Below, in pieces: positions 1 through 9,376 of a stretch of DNA of 64,000 bases. The position numbers and the translations under genes are program-made. Below the pieces are notes generated by a model, which was not told where the DNA came from, searched no databases, and was given only the letters and a program-made list of their open reading frames with translations. The stretch lies in NCBI GenBank assembly GCA_965203175.1, contig OZ241867.1, positions 640,001 to 704,000 on the forward strand, in the 5' to 3' direction. The DNA comes from Candidatus Latescibacterota bacterium (GTDB lineage Bacteria > Latescibacterota > UBA2968 > UBA8231). Every line of letters starts with the position of its first letter. Position 1 is the stretch's first letter.

Positions 1-279
1 GGCCGGCCCCACCCGCGTCGGTCGCCGCGCACCCATGTATTGGGCGACAAACGTGTTGGCGTATTGGGCCGTGCCCATGAAGAGGCTGATGAAGGTGAAG
101 TTGGCCATGCCCGCCGGCAGCGCGGCCGCCAACGCCTCGGTGGAATACCAAGAGAGAAAGACCCGATCGACAAAGTGCTGGATGCTCCAGCTAGCCGTGC
201 TCAGAATCAGCGGCAAGGCGATCCCCAAGAATTCTCGGTACCCGCCTGCGGCCCCCCACCGCCTCGCGATGCGCCCCAC
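1..279 (-). CDS. MATE family efflux transporter, N-terminal part (runs off window start)
   Basis: Not in ORF track. Manual translation of minus strand from GTG at 279: MGRIARRWGAAGGYREFLGIALPLILSTASWSIQHFVDRVFLSWYSTEALAAALPAGMANFTFISLFMGTAQYANTFVAQYMGA, a typical MATE N-terminus (ALPLILS, D-x-x-F-L-S, FVAQY-x-GA). Starts 2 nt after the upstream stop. Confidence 0.85.
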   Translation of the reverse strand, partial: MGRIARRWGAAGGYREFLGIALPLILSTASWSIQHFVDRVFLSWYSTEALAAALPAGMANFTFISLFMGTAQYANTFVAQYMGARRPTRVGPA

Positions 280-281
280 GC

Positions 282-1301
282 TCAGCTCGCCATAAATTCG
301 GCCACCGCAATCAATTCGCCACCGCACCGCGCCGACTCCCACCCCGCCAGTACCGGAGCCAGCGAATAAAGGCCGTCGGCATAGTCGTTGAGCAGCAGGG
401 CGCGGTTGCCAGTGCGCACGGCCTCAATGAAGACGCGATCTTGTTCAAACCACGGGTCGAATTCCTCCGGTGCGTACACGACCTCGCCATTGACCTCAAT
501 CCGGTCGTACATCCACAGCGCCAAGTATCCTCCCTCGTAAAAAACAGTGAAGCGCGGCTCGTCGCCCGGAGCGGTGGGCGTGGTGGCGAGGAACGTCGAG
601 GTCATGGTCGCCCCGTTTGCTAACAAAAAGTTAAACGAACACGACAGCGGCGTGTTGTACCGAGGAGGATGGTGGTAAAAAGCTTGGGCTTGGGTAATAT
701 CGAGGCCGCTCATAAAGCGCGCGTAATCAACGGCATGCACCCCCCAGTCAAAGGCCGAGCCGCCACTCTTGTCCATCTGATAGTCCCAATTGTCCGAATC
801 GAGAACCTCGGCTTCGAGCAGTGGCAGACCGGCCGTGTTCTGGAAGCGGATGTGGGTGACTGCCTTACCCTCAAGCAGGCGACGAGCCTCCTGAAAGAGC
901 GGACGGTAGCGCTCGCGGAAACAAACCGTTGAGATCGCGCCACCCTCGGCAACTGCATCGGCAATGCGCCGCGCAACAGCCATGGTGGTCGCTTGCGGTT
1001 TCTCGCTGAAGAGGTGGATACCCCGCGCTGCGGCCGTGGCTTCCACATCAGTGCGCGCAAAGGCCGGCACCACCGAATAGAGCGCGTCCAGCCGCTCTTC
1101 CGCGAGCATTTGATGGGGGTCTGCATAGGTGCGAGCGATAGAGTACTTTTGCGCAGTGACAGCGAGGTTCTCCGGATTGGGGTCACTCGCGGCGACCAAC
1201 TCGACGTCGTCTAACTTGCTCAGATTGGGCAGGTGAGTTTGGTTGGCAAAACGACCGGTGCCGTAGATGCCGACGCGCACTGGGCGATTGTCTGCGGGCA
1301 T
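282..1301 (-). CDS. Gfo/Idh/MocA family oxidoreductase
   Basis: N-terminal Rossmann VGIYGTGRFA, EKP motif, DWGVHAVD catalytic region. Confidence 0.9.
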   Translation of the reverse strand: MPADNRPVRVGIYGTGRFANQTHLPNLSKLDDVELVAASDPNPENLAVTAQKYSIARTYADPHQMLAEERLDALYSVVPAFARTDVEATAAARGIHLFSEKPQATTMAVARRIADAVAEGGAISTVCFRERYRPLFQEARRLLEGKAVTHIRFQNTAGLPLLEAEVLDSDNWDYQMDKSGGSAFDWGVHAVDYARFMSGLDITQAQAFYHHPPRYNTPLSCSFNFLLANGATMTSTFLATTPTAPGDEPRFTVFYEGGYLALWMYDRIEVNGEVVYAPEEFDPWFEQDRVFIEAVRTGNRALLLNDYADGLYSLAPVLAGWESARCGGELIAVAEFMAS

Positions 1302-1555
1302 GAATAAATCCTTTGTTTAGCAGCTTTTACATAGCGGAGCGAAATGGGCAAGAAAAGAAAAAAGGAACTCATGCGCCAGCCCGCTCTGCGGCGGATCACA
1401 GGGCAATCTGAGGCGTCTGTTCTACACTCGTGCGACCTGCAACTTCGGGGGCTAGCGACGAGGATATTCCAGCCCCATGGTACCAATTGCCACTGTTCAC
1501 ACGAGTAAGTACCTTCGCCTCAGATAACGGACATTAACTATCGAAAGACGCACCT

Positions 1556-2026
1556 ATGATTCGGCGAAAGGCTGTACGTGCGGTCATTATGACGCCAGAC
1601 TATCGAGTGCTGATGATGAAGGTAGAGACTGTCACGGGAATCCACGTTTGGATTGCGCCCGGCGGAGGCTTGGAACCCGGTGAGTCTGAGGAAGAGGGAC
1701 TGCGGCGCGAAGTCGCCGAAGAGACTGGCGCTAGGAATTTTTGTCTAGGACCGCCCTTATGGAATAGAAATCACGAATTCTCTTGGGACGGTCGAACCTA
1801 TAGCCAAAACGAAGTCTATTATCTCGTACAAGCAGACCACTTCGATCCAGTAATAGACGTGGAGGCTTCTCCTGACGAGGCATCGGCATTTCGCGGGTTC
1901 CATTGGTGGTCAATTGACGCCATCGCCAGGTCCGCAGAGAAGTTCGCTCCTCGCAATCTTCATTGTCTGCTCGAGAGTATATCCAATAACGGGCCGCCAG
2001 ATAAGCCCGTTGCCGTAGGCGCATAA
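1556..2026 (+). CDS. NUDIX hydrolase
   Basis: Nudix box GGGLEPGESEEEGLRREVAEETG. Confidence 0.92.
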   Translation: MIRRKAVRAVIMTPDYRVLMMKVETVTGIHVWIAPGGGLEPGESEEEGLRREVAEETGARNFCLGPPLWNRNHEFSWDGRTYSQNEVYYLVQADHFDPVIDVEASPDEASAFRGFHWWSIDAIARSAEKFAPRNLHCLLESISNNGPPDKPVAVGA

Positions 2027-2069
2027 ATGTTAGGGGAAAGCCTGTTGCGAACTTGCAACCTAAACGACC

Positions 2070-2429
2070 ATGACGGGTGACTTTGTAGATGCAAGGACGT
2101 TCATCGGCAAAACTGTCGGTGTTACCATAGACCGACCTCTTGGCTCCAAGCATCCTGAAGCGGGCTTCATCTATCCAGTCAACTACGGATTTCTCCCGAA
2201 TGTACCGGCACCTGACGGAGAAGATATGGACGCCTATATCCTCGGCATTTTCAAACCGCTAGAGACGTTCACAGGCAGATGTATCGCCGTCATTCAACGA
2301 TCTGATGACGATGATGACAAGCTCATTGTCGCACCTGATGGCAAGGATTACTCCGACGAGCAGATTCTCGCTTTAACGGAATTCCAAGAGCGATTTTTCG
2401 AATCGTCCGTAACACGTGAAGTGATTTAG
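2070..2429 (+). CDS. Short inorganic pyrophosphatase-family protein
   Basis: IDRPLGSKHP, YPVNYG, DGEDMDAY, DDDDKLIV motifs. Confidence 0.88.
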   Translation: MTGDFVDARTFIGKTVGVTIDRPLGSKHPEAGFIYPVNYGFLPNVPAPDGEDMDAYILGIFKPLETFTGRCIAVIQRSDDDDDKLIVAPDGKDYSDEQILALTEFQERFFESSVTREVI

Positions 2430-2440
2430 GAAAGAAACTC

Positions 2441-3103
2441 ATGCCATTCAAGATCGCCGACGATCCGCAGACCGATTATCGGGAACTGGTAAGAACCGCC
2501 TATAACCGATGTGCGATGGATTACGCGGGGCAAAAACGTACTACGCCTGGAGCCGAGCTCAACTTGATAACTGAGCGTCTGACACCTAGTTCAAAAGTCC
2601 TCGACGTTGGCTGTGGTGCTGGTATCCCAGTCGCCCGACATCTTGCAGAAACGTTCGACCTCACCGGGATCGACATCTCCTCAAACATGATAGCTCTAGC
2701 GAAGGAAAACGTCCCCACCGCCAAATTCGTCATCGCCGACGTAATGGAGACCGAATTCTCCGCAGGTAGCTTCGATGCAATTGTCAGCTTTTACGCCATC
2801 TTCCACATCCCAAGACAGAAGCATCTAAACCTCTTCCGTCGATTTTCACAGTGGCTTCGGCCCGGTGGCCTCCTCCTGTTTACTATTGCTGAGAAAGACG
2901 ACGGTCCTGGATATACTGAAGATGACTTCTTCGGCGAAACCATGTACTGGAGCAACTTTGGCCCCTCGACCTACAAGAAGTTTCTCACTGAGGCTGGATT
3001 TCAGATTGAACAGGAAGGTATCGTAGGAGGAGGATTCGGAGGTGTTGATGCACTGGAAGAAGTCCACCCATTTTTCTTCGCCGTCAAGAGAGAAGGCTTG
3101 TAG
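2441..3103 (+). CDS. Class I SAM-dependent methyltransferase
   Basis: VLDVGCGAG motif I, GIDIS, FDAIVSFYAIFH, LRPGG. Confidence 0.9.
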   Translation: MPFKIADDPQTDYRELVRTAYNRCAMDYAGQKRTTPGAELNLITERLTPSSKVLDVGCGAGIPVARHLAETFDLTGIDISSNMIALAKENVPTAKFVIADVMETEFSAGSFDAIVSFYAIFHIPRQKHLNLFRRFSQWLRPGGLLLFTIAEKDDGPGYTEDDFFGETMYWSNFGPSTYKKFLTEAGFQIEQEGIVGGGFGGVDALEEVHPFFFAVKREGL

Positions 3104-3173
3104 ACTAGCAAGCGTTGTGAAGTGAACACATTCGCCACAATCGGCACACTCGTTTATCTGGAAAGGACTATCA

Positions 3174-3572
3174 ATGTCGCTAACAGGTCGATGTCTTTGC
3201 GGAGCGGTCAGCTATACAAGCGACTCAGAGCCTCAATCTGTGATCTATTGCCACTGTGACGACTGCCGTAGGATTACGGGCAGCGCTTTCAACGTTGGAG
3301 TCGGCGTACCAGCCTCCACATTTCAACTGAGTGGTAAAACCAAGGGATACGAATCTACGAACGACGAAGGCCGCACAAAGATTCGCGAATTCTGTCCAGA
3401 ATGTGGCTCGCAATTGTTCACACGCTATCCCGACACGATATTCATCAAGGCGGGCACCCTAGACCATTCCGACGATCTGCGACCCACCAGAGAGATCTGG
3501 ACCGAAATGGCAGTCCCGTGGTCCAAGATTCCCAACGGCCTAGATAAATTTCCCCGCTCTTCGACAACTTAA
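3174..3572 (+). CDS. GFA (CENP-V-like) Zn-binding family protein
   Basis: GRCLCGAV, CHCDDCRR, FCPECGS cysteine pattern. Confidence 0.92.
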   Translation: MSLTGRCLCGAVSYTSDSEPQSVIYCHCDDCRRITGSAFNVGVGVPASTFQLSGKTKGYESTNDEGRTKIREFCPECGSQLFTRYPDTIFIKAGTLDHSDDLRPTREIWTEMAVPWSKIPNGLDKFPRSSTT

Positions 3573-3584
3573 CTGGGAAATCTA

Positions 3585-4028
3585 ATGCCAAACTGCGACT
3601 ACAGTCTTACGTGGTATCACGGCTCTCAGCAAGAACTGACAAAACTTCGGATCGGAAGTTCGATCACACAGAATAGGAAAGTGGCGAAAGCATTCTCACA
3701 TAGACCTTCACTTGTTTCTATGTCTGACGAAGGTGAGTCTCTATCTGACAAACTCAGGATTAAGCACAACGGCGTCACGTCCGGTTATCTCTATGTCGTT
3801 TCCGATGACATCGGTCCCGACGATGTGTATCCCCATCCCCACCCGGCAAATGCCGATCGCTGGGAGTGGCTGACCAATCGGGAATTGAAGCTGAAACTCA
3901 TCGAACAGACTATCGTAACGGACGAGGAACGTCTGACAGACGAAGAAATCACAGAGATAAGGCAGAAACAGAAGGAAAGAGGCGAGGAGTCGTTCGTGGG
4001 TGATCCTGCCAAAGAAAACAAAAAATGA
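3585..4028 (+). CDS. Hypothetical protein, possibly ADP-ribosyltransferase-like fold
   Basis: 147 aa ORF co-oriented with neighbours; WYHGS...SSIT...GYLYVV...EWLT spacing recalls Arr/ART-type proteins. Confidence 0.55.
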   Translation: MPNCDYSLTWYHGSQQELTKLRIGSSITQNRKVAKAFSHRPSLVSMSDEGESLSDKLRIKHNGVTSGYLYVVSDDIGPDDVYPHPHPANADRWEWLTNRELKLKLIEQTIVTDEERLTDEEITEIRQKQKERGEESFVGDPAKENKK

Positions 4029-5389
4029 AACGCGAACACATTTTTGCCCATTACGAACAGGACGCAACCCGGTACTGGAAGCTGAGAGAGGGCGGCTATG
4101 CCACCCCGCTGAGTGTGTGTCAGGGCGATGAGGTAACATTCCATATATCGAATTCCAGATCGTACTACGATGTATTTGTGTTCCACGAAGGGGCCAAACG
4201 GCGTCTGGTAAAGGAGATAAACGACCTGCGTGGCGGGCTTCCCCCGGTCCCCGAGTTTGGCTATCGGGACGGATTCGCCTGGCCCGCGACGGTCTCGTTT
4301 CGGGTGCCTCGCGACTGGAAGAGCGGTGTTTACATCGCCAGTTTTCCCACCGCACAGGGAATCCGGGAAATCCTGTTCGTCGTTCGCCCGCGCGTTCCCA
4401 GCGCGCCGATTCTCCTGACGATCGAGACCAATACCTATGCCGCCTATAACTGCGTGGGCGGCAAATGCCTCTTCCCCTATCTATCTACCGACCGATCGCA
4501 CAGCAACCTGGTGACCTTTGAGCGCCCCCTGCAGCCAGACATCATGGGCGGGTTCTATGCTTGGGATCAGTTCTTCACATCATGGCTTGACGCCGAAGGG
4601 TACCAAGTAGACTACTGCGTCAACGCCGATCACGATCGGCAGCCGGATCTCCTAGATGACTACCCTGCACACCTCAGGATCTGCCACGGCGAGTACTCCA
4701 GCCGCGAAGAATGCGAGCAGCTTCAGCGGTTTGTAGCACGTGGCGGCAACCTGATGGTGTTCGCCGGCAACTCTTTCTCGCACTTGGTAGAGACCAGGGC
4801 CGACGGACGCCAGCTTTACTGTGCCAAGACCCGGTACAAAAAGCATCCGCTCGGCACGCCAGAGGATCCCGAAACATCCTTTCTCCGCGCAATCGACAAT
4901 CTGCGTCAGCGCACCATTGGCGTTTCCTATACGGCTGCTGTCAACGCCAAGAGCAAGGTTCCCGGCGAAATTATTGCCCCGACGTCCGGAGAATACGGAT
5001 TCTTCCGCGTGACCCAGCCCGACCACTGGGCGTTCGCAGGAACCGGGCTGGGAGAAGAGGACGAGTTTGGCCGGGAAGACTCAATCGTTGGGGTCGAATG
5101 CGACGGCGGTGACATCGAATTCAAGGATGGGAAACCGCGATTTACAGGCCGTGACGGAATCAGCCCGCATTACCAAATTATCGCGATCGGGGACGCGGAG
5201 GACCACGGTTTCAACGCGGACCTAGGGGTCCACCACGACCGATTCTACGCCACCGTCGCGGTCAACGAAACGGAGTTCAAGGGGACTGTCTTCACCGCGG
5301 CAACCATCGAGTGGGCGCACGGTCTTTACCGGAACGGCGGTCCAGTGGCACAGATCACGCGCAATGTCTTGGACCGGCTGGGCAGGTAG
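4025..5389 (+). CDS. N,N-dimethylformamidase beta-subunit family domain protein
   Basis: WKSGVYIA, TNTYAAYN..GGK, VTFERP, HGEY, GGNLMVFAGN, GVECDG, VFTAATIEW; ATGA overlap with upstream gene. Confidence 0.85.
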   Translation: MKREHIFAHYEQDATRYWKLREGGYATPLSVCQGDEVTFHISNSRSYYDVFVFHEGAKRRLVKEINDLRGGLPPVPEFGYRDGFAWPATVSFRVPRDWKSGVYIASFPTAQGIREILFVVRPRVPSAPILLTIETNTYAAYNCVGGKCLFPYLSTDRSHSNLVTFERPLQPDIMGGFYAWDQFFTSWLDAEGYQVDYCVNADHDRQPDLLDDYPAHLRICHGEYSSREECEQLQRFVARGGNLMVFAGNSFSHLVETRADGRQLYCAKTRYKKHPLGTPEDPETSFLRAIDNLRQRTIGVSYTAAVNAKSKVPGEIIAPTSGEYGFFRVTQPDHWAFAGTGLGEEDEFGREDSIVGVECDGGDIEFKDGKPRFTGRDGISPHYQIIAIGDAEDHGFNADLGVHHDRFYATVAVNETEFKGTVFTAATIEWAHGLYRNGGPVAQITRNVLDRLGR

Positions 5390-5504
5390 TGGATGAGCGA
5401 CCGAACAACGGCATGCCTTTGACACGGTCGAGTATTCGGAGCAAGTTGAATCATTTCAAAAGCTGAGCGATTGACAAATATCTCCGCTTGAAAGGCCGCT
5501 TCAA

Positions 5505-6284
5505 ATGCTGATAATCGACACGCACTGCCACGCCGGGAACAACTGGTTCGAGCCTATCGAGACACTTGAATTCGAGATGGACCGCAACGGCGTTGACCAA
5601 GCCGCACTCATCCAACACGGCGGCACATACGACAACACCTATCTCCTCCAAGAAGCCGCCAAGCGACCGGGCCGGTTCAAGGTTGCAGTCCTCGTCGATC
5701 CCGAGTCCTCCGATCCACTCGGCGATCTCGCACAACTCGCAGAGCAAGGGGCCGCGGGTGTTCGCATTGCCCCGGGTGGCCAGTTCGCCAACGCGGGGCC
5801 TTACGACATGTGGCGCAGAGCCGGCGAACTCGGCCTCGTAGTCTCCAGCGTCGGCGATGCGCCCCAGTTCGCGGCCGACGATTTCTCGCGCGTGCTCGAT
5901 GTGTGCCCCGACACCCACGTCATCCTCGAACACCTCGCAGGAGTGGGCATTGCCGAGCCACCCTACGCCGATTACGTTGAGGCCCTGCGACACGGCGAGC
6001 GCGACAACACCAGCATCAAAGTCCCCGGCTTGGGCGAAATCTGCGCCCGCCCGCCGCGCCTGCTGCCCGAACTCGAATTCGACCACGTGCCGCCACTCTT
6101 CGAGATGGCCAAGGACGCATTCGGCGTGCAACGCATGATGTGGGGCAGCGACTTCCCGCCCAGCGCCGGCAGAGAGGGATACGCCAATGCGCTGTGCGCC
6201 GTCATCAACCATCCGGCCTTTGCCGACGGCGATGATATCGAGTGGGTCATGGGAAAGACTGCGGCGCGCGTGTGGGGATTCTAA
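5505..6284 (+). CDS. Amidohydrolase family 2 protein
   Basis: IIDTHCH, ILEHLA, RMMWGSDFP. Confidence 0.9.
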   Translation: MLIIDTHCHAGNNWFEPIETLEFEMDRNGVDQAALIQHGGTYDNTYLLQEAAKRPGRFKVAVLVDPESSDPLGDLAQLAEQGAAGVRIAPGGQFANAGPYDMWRRAGELGLVVSSVGDAPQFAADDFSRVLDVCPDTHVILEHLAGVGIAEPPYADYVEALRHGERDNTSIKVPGLGEICARPPRLLPELEFDHVPPLFEMAKDAFGVQRMMWGSDFPPSAGREGYANALCAVINHPAFADGDDIEWVMGKTAARVWGF

Positions 6285-6324
6285 CGAGAGAATATAACTT
6301 CCCTGTGGGAAACATCAGAGCGAC

Positions 6325-6948
6325 ATGGCCAAAGAAAAAAAGAAAACCTCGCGCCAAGCGTATGGCATCACAGTACTCAAAGCCTCTCACCCTCAAGTGC
6401 GCGCCAAAAAAAAGAAGCACGAACCCTGCATCCACGGCAACAAATTCTGGAATTCGAGTTGGTGCGTGATGGACTTCCTCTCGCACCAGGGCCTGCCGCC
6501 AAAGGCGCGGGTTTTGGACGTCGGCTGCGGTTGGGGCCTCGCCGGGATATACTGCGCCAAAAACCACGGTGCCCGCGTCACGGGAATGGACGCGGATGCA
6601 GCAGTCTTTCCCTACTTGCAACTACACGCCGAGATCAACGATGTCGAGATAGAGACCTGGCGCTGCAAGTTCGAGAGCGTCAAAAAGAAACACCTGCGGC
6701 AAACCAACCTGATCATCGGGGCCGATATTTGCTTCTGGGACGAAATGGTCTCGCCGCTCTACAAGCTGATCAAAAAGGCGATCGAGGTCGAGGTCGGACA
6801 GATTATCATCGCCGACCCGGGCCGACCGCCTTTTCACTCGCTGAGCGAAAAGGTCATAGAGAAGCTCGGCGGCGAACTCAAAGAGTGGGAAATCAACGGC
6901 GAAGTCAAAGCCGACGCGTACCTGCTCATCACGGGCACGTTGCCCTAG
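6325..6948 (+). CDS. Class I SAM-dependent methyltransferase (lysine-methyltransferase-like)
   Basis: HGNKFWNSS, VLDVGCGWG, IIGADICF, IADPGRP. Confidence 0.85.
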   Translation: MAKEKKKTSRQAYGITVLKASHPQVRAKKKKHEPCIHGNKFWNSSWCVMDFLSHQGLPPKARVLDVGCGWGLAGIYCAKNHGARVTGMDADAAVFPYLQLHAEINDVEIETWRCKFESVKKKHLRQTNLIIGADICFWDEMVSPLYKLIKKAIEVEVGQIIIADPGRPPFHSLSEKVIEKLGGELKEWEINGEVKADAYLLITGTLP

Positions 6949-6954
6949 ACGCGC

Positions 6955-7911
6955 TTAGAACCAGTTTTCTTTGTCCACCACATTCACCAGCGCCTCGCCG
7001 CGGGCGAAGCGCTTGCAATTTTCCACCACTAGGTCGCGTCGGCGCTCGTTCAGATAAGGACCGGCCGCAGCTACGTGCGGGGTCATCAGGAAGTTCGGAG
7101 CCGTCCACAGCGGGTGCTCTGGCGGCAGCGGCTCCTCCTCAAACACATCTAAGGCTGCACCGGCTATCTGGCCTTCGCGCAGGGCTTGATCTAGGTCGGC
7201 CAACTTGACGTTCGCGCCGCGACCGATGTTGATGAAGTACGCACTATTCTTCATCTGCTCGAACTGGGCGCTAGTGAAAAAGCCCTCGGTCTGCGGCGTC
7301 TGCGGCACAGTGATTATGACGAAATCCGCCCTCGGCAAAAGTTGATCGAGCTCGTCCGGGCGGTGCAACTCGTCAACGCCCGGAGGCGGCGACTCAACGC
7401 GGGGGTCAACGCCAACGATCGTCATGCCCCAGTTCTTGCACTGGCGCGCGGTCTCTGCGCCAATCCCGCCGACGCCGACGATCAGCGCAGTGGCTTCGGG
7501 CAGATAGGTCGAGGGGCTCGCTTCCCCTCCGCTGCGCCATTGGCCATCGAACTGGTAGCGGAAGTAGCAGTGCATGCCGCGCGAGAGCGCCAGCACAAAG
7601 GCCATGATATGGGCCGAAATGTGGTCGTTGAAGATACCGCGAAAATTAGTCACCACCACGTCGCTGGCGATGAGTTCTGGAAAGTAATACCCCTTGGGCG
7701 GGCCAGCGGCTGGGGCGGCCAGCCACTTGAGCTGGCCGGCTGCGGACAACAGCTCTGGGTCCAAGGTGCCGAAACAGGCTTGCGCCGTGGGCAGAGCGGC
7801 TAGGGCTTCAGCGCGGCTTTCGCACTGGACGATCTCCATCGTGGGAACCGCTTCGGACATGGCAGCGGCTAGCTCGCCAGCGGGTGACAGAAAGACGAAT
7901 TTGAAAGACAT
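6955..7911 (-). CDS. D-2-hydroxyacid dehydrogenase
   Basis: IVGVGGIG, INIGRG, AALDVFEEEPLP, MTPHVA. Confidence 0.92.
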   Translation of the reverse strand: MSFKFVFLSPAGELAAAMSEAVPTMEIVQCESRAEALAALPTAQACFGTLDPELLSAAGQLKWLAAPAAGPPKGYYFPELIASDVVVTNFRGIFNDHISAHIMAFVLALSRGMHCYFRYQFDGQWRSGGEASPSTYLPEATALIVGVGGIGAETARQCKNWGMTIVGVDPRVESPPPGVDELHRPDELDQLLPRADFVIITVPQTPQTEGFFTSAQFEQMKNSAYFINIGRGANVKLADLDQALREGQIAGAALDVFEEEPLPPEHPLWTAPNFLMTPHVAAAGPYLNERRRDLVVENCKRFARGEALVNVVDKENWF

Positions 7912-7993
7912 GTGGCTCCTTTCGTTAGTTGAGGCCTCTAAATCTAGCTAATCTTCGCATCGGACGCCTCTATGCGTATATTCTCGCAATATT

Positions 7994-9364
7994 TTGCTCA
8001 CGCCAAGCCCTGAGTTGCGATCCGTGCAAGACGCCGCGGCCTTACTCTACAAAAAAGTTTCTCTGCCCGACGAGTTCGTCCGCGACCGCACCGGCGGGGA
8101 CATTCGCATCGGCGACCTGACTGGCGACGGACAAGTCGATTTCCTCGTGTACAATGCCCTCGGAGGCATCAAGCCCTGCTTTCTAGGGGCCTTTTCGCTC
8201 ACCGGTGAGCCGCTCTGGGCGGTAGGAGATCGGGATTTTACCGCGCTCGACGCGGATGAATCGGGCCGTCTCACGACCATTTCTCCCGACCGCCCGGGAC
8301 CGGTGGCCATCTGCGACATCGACCAAGACGGGCGGCAAGAAATCCTCTGCTTCCTCGTCAATCCCCACGTGAAGCGCACCAGCAAATGGAACCTCGCAGA
8401 CGTGCACATCGCCATTCTCGACGGGCGCACCGGTGCGGTCAAACACTGCGCCGCGCCCGAAGAACTGGCGCGCTGCAACGCCTACGCGGATGGGGAAATG
8501 CACATCCCCAACTACGTGCATCAGCGGCTGCTGATCGCCAACTTCTCCGGGCACGACCAGCCACGCGATTTTGTCGTCAAGCTAGGCTGCGATGTCCTCG
8601 CGTTCAACGACCGGCTCGAAGTGCTGTGGCACTATCGCAGCAAGTGGCATCGCTACCCGGAGCACGCAGCGTACATTCCGGCCGTCGGCGACCTAGACGG
8701 CGATGGGCGCGACGAGGTCAACGGCGGGCACTTCGGCCTCGACCACGACGGAAGCGTGTTGTGGGAAACCTTTTTGGGCGACCATGCAGACAGCGTGTTG
8801 GTGGATCGATGGGGCACGAAACCAGCGGCCATTGTCTCAGGCGGCCAAGTGCTCGACGGCAGCGGCCAACACCTGCTGCACTTGGGGGCGGACGTGGTGC
8901 CGCACGGACAGGAGGTGCGCTGCGGCAACTTGCGGGCCGAGCTACCGGGCCGCGAATTGGCCATCCGCTACAACGGACACCATGCGGACGTGATGATCGT
9001 CGCGCAAGACGGTGTTGTGCTCAGCCGCTTCCAAGTAGATGAATCGCCCAACAACACGGGCATGGAAATCGTGCGTTGGAATAGGCCGGAGCAAGGGGAC
9101 TTGCTGTACAGTCCAGCAGCCCTCTTCAACGGTCACGGCCACAAGGTCGCAACCTTCCCGGAGTTGCCCGCGCCAACCGGCGGCAAGATGGGATGGTACC
9201 ACTGCTTTCCGGCCGATGTGTGCGGCGACGAGCGCGAGGAAGTGGTGCTCTACGACCCTTATGGCGACGCCGTGTATATCTATACACCCGCGCCACTCGA
9301 CGAGAGCCGGTTTGACCACTACCATCACGGCCCGCGACAGTACAACGCACGGCTGCTCGATTGA
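7994..9364 (+). CDS. FG-GAP-type Ca-binding beta-propeller protein (rhamnogalacturonan lyase family 11-like)
   Basis: Repeated GDLTGDG, DIDQDGRQE, GDLDGDGRDE, ADVCGDEREE motifs; start codon uncertain (TTG). Confidence 0.7.
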   Translation: MLTPSPELRSVQDAAALLYKKVSLPDEFVRDRTGGDIRIGDLTGDGQVDFLVYNALGGIKPCFLGAFSLTGEPLWAVGDRDFTALDADESGRLTTISPDRPGPVAICDIDQDGRQEILCFLVNPHVKRTSKWNLADVHIAILDGRTGAVKHCAAPEELARCNAYADGEMHIPNYVHQRLLIANFSGHDQPRDFVVKLGCDVLAFNDRLEVLWHYRSKWHRYPEHAAYIPAVGDLDGDGRDEVNGGHFGLDHDGSVLWETFLGDHADSVLVDRWGTKPAAIVSGGQVLDGSGQHLLHLGADVVPHGQEVRCGNLRAELPGRELAIRYNGHHADVMIVAQDGVVLSRFQVDESPNNTGMEIVRWNRPEQGDLLYSPAALFNGHGHKVATFPELPAPTGGKMGWYHCFPADVCGDEREEVVLYDPYGDAVYIYTPAPLDESRFDHYHHGPRQYNARLLD

Positions 9365-9376
9365 CGAGGAGAGAGG

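Noticed and set aside
1344-1508. 54-aa ORF MGKKRKKELMRQ... with a GGAG upstream
   Set aside because: No recognisable motif; lies in a divergent promoter region
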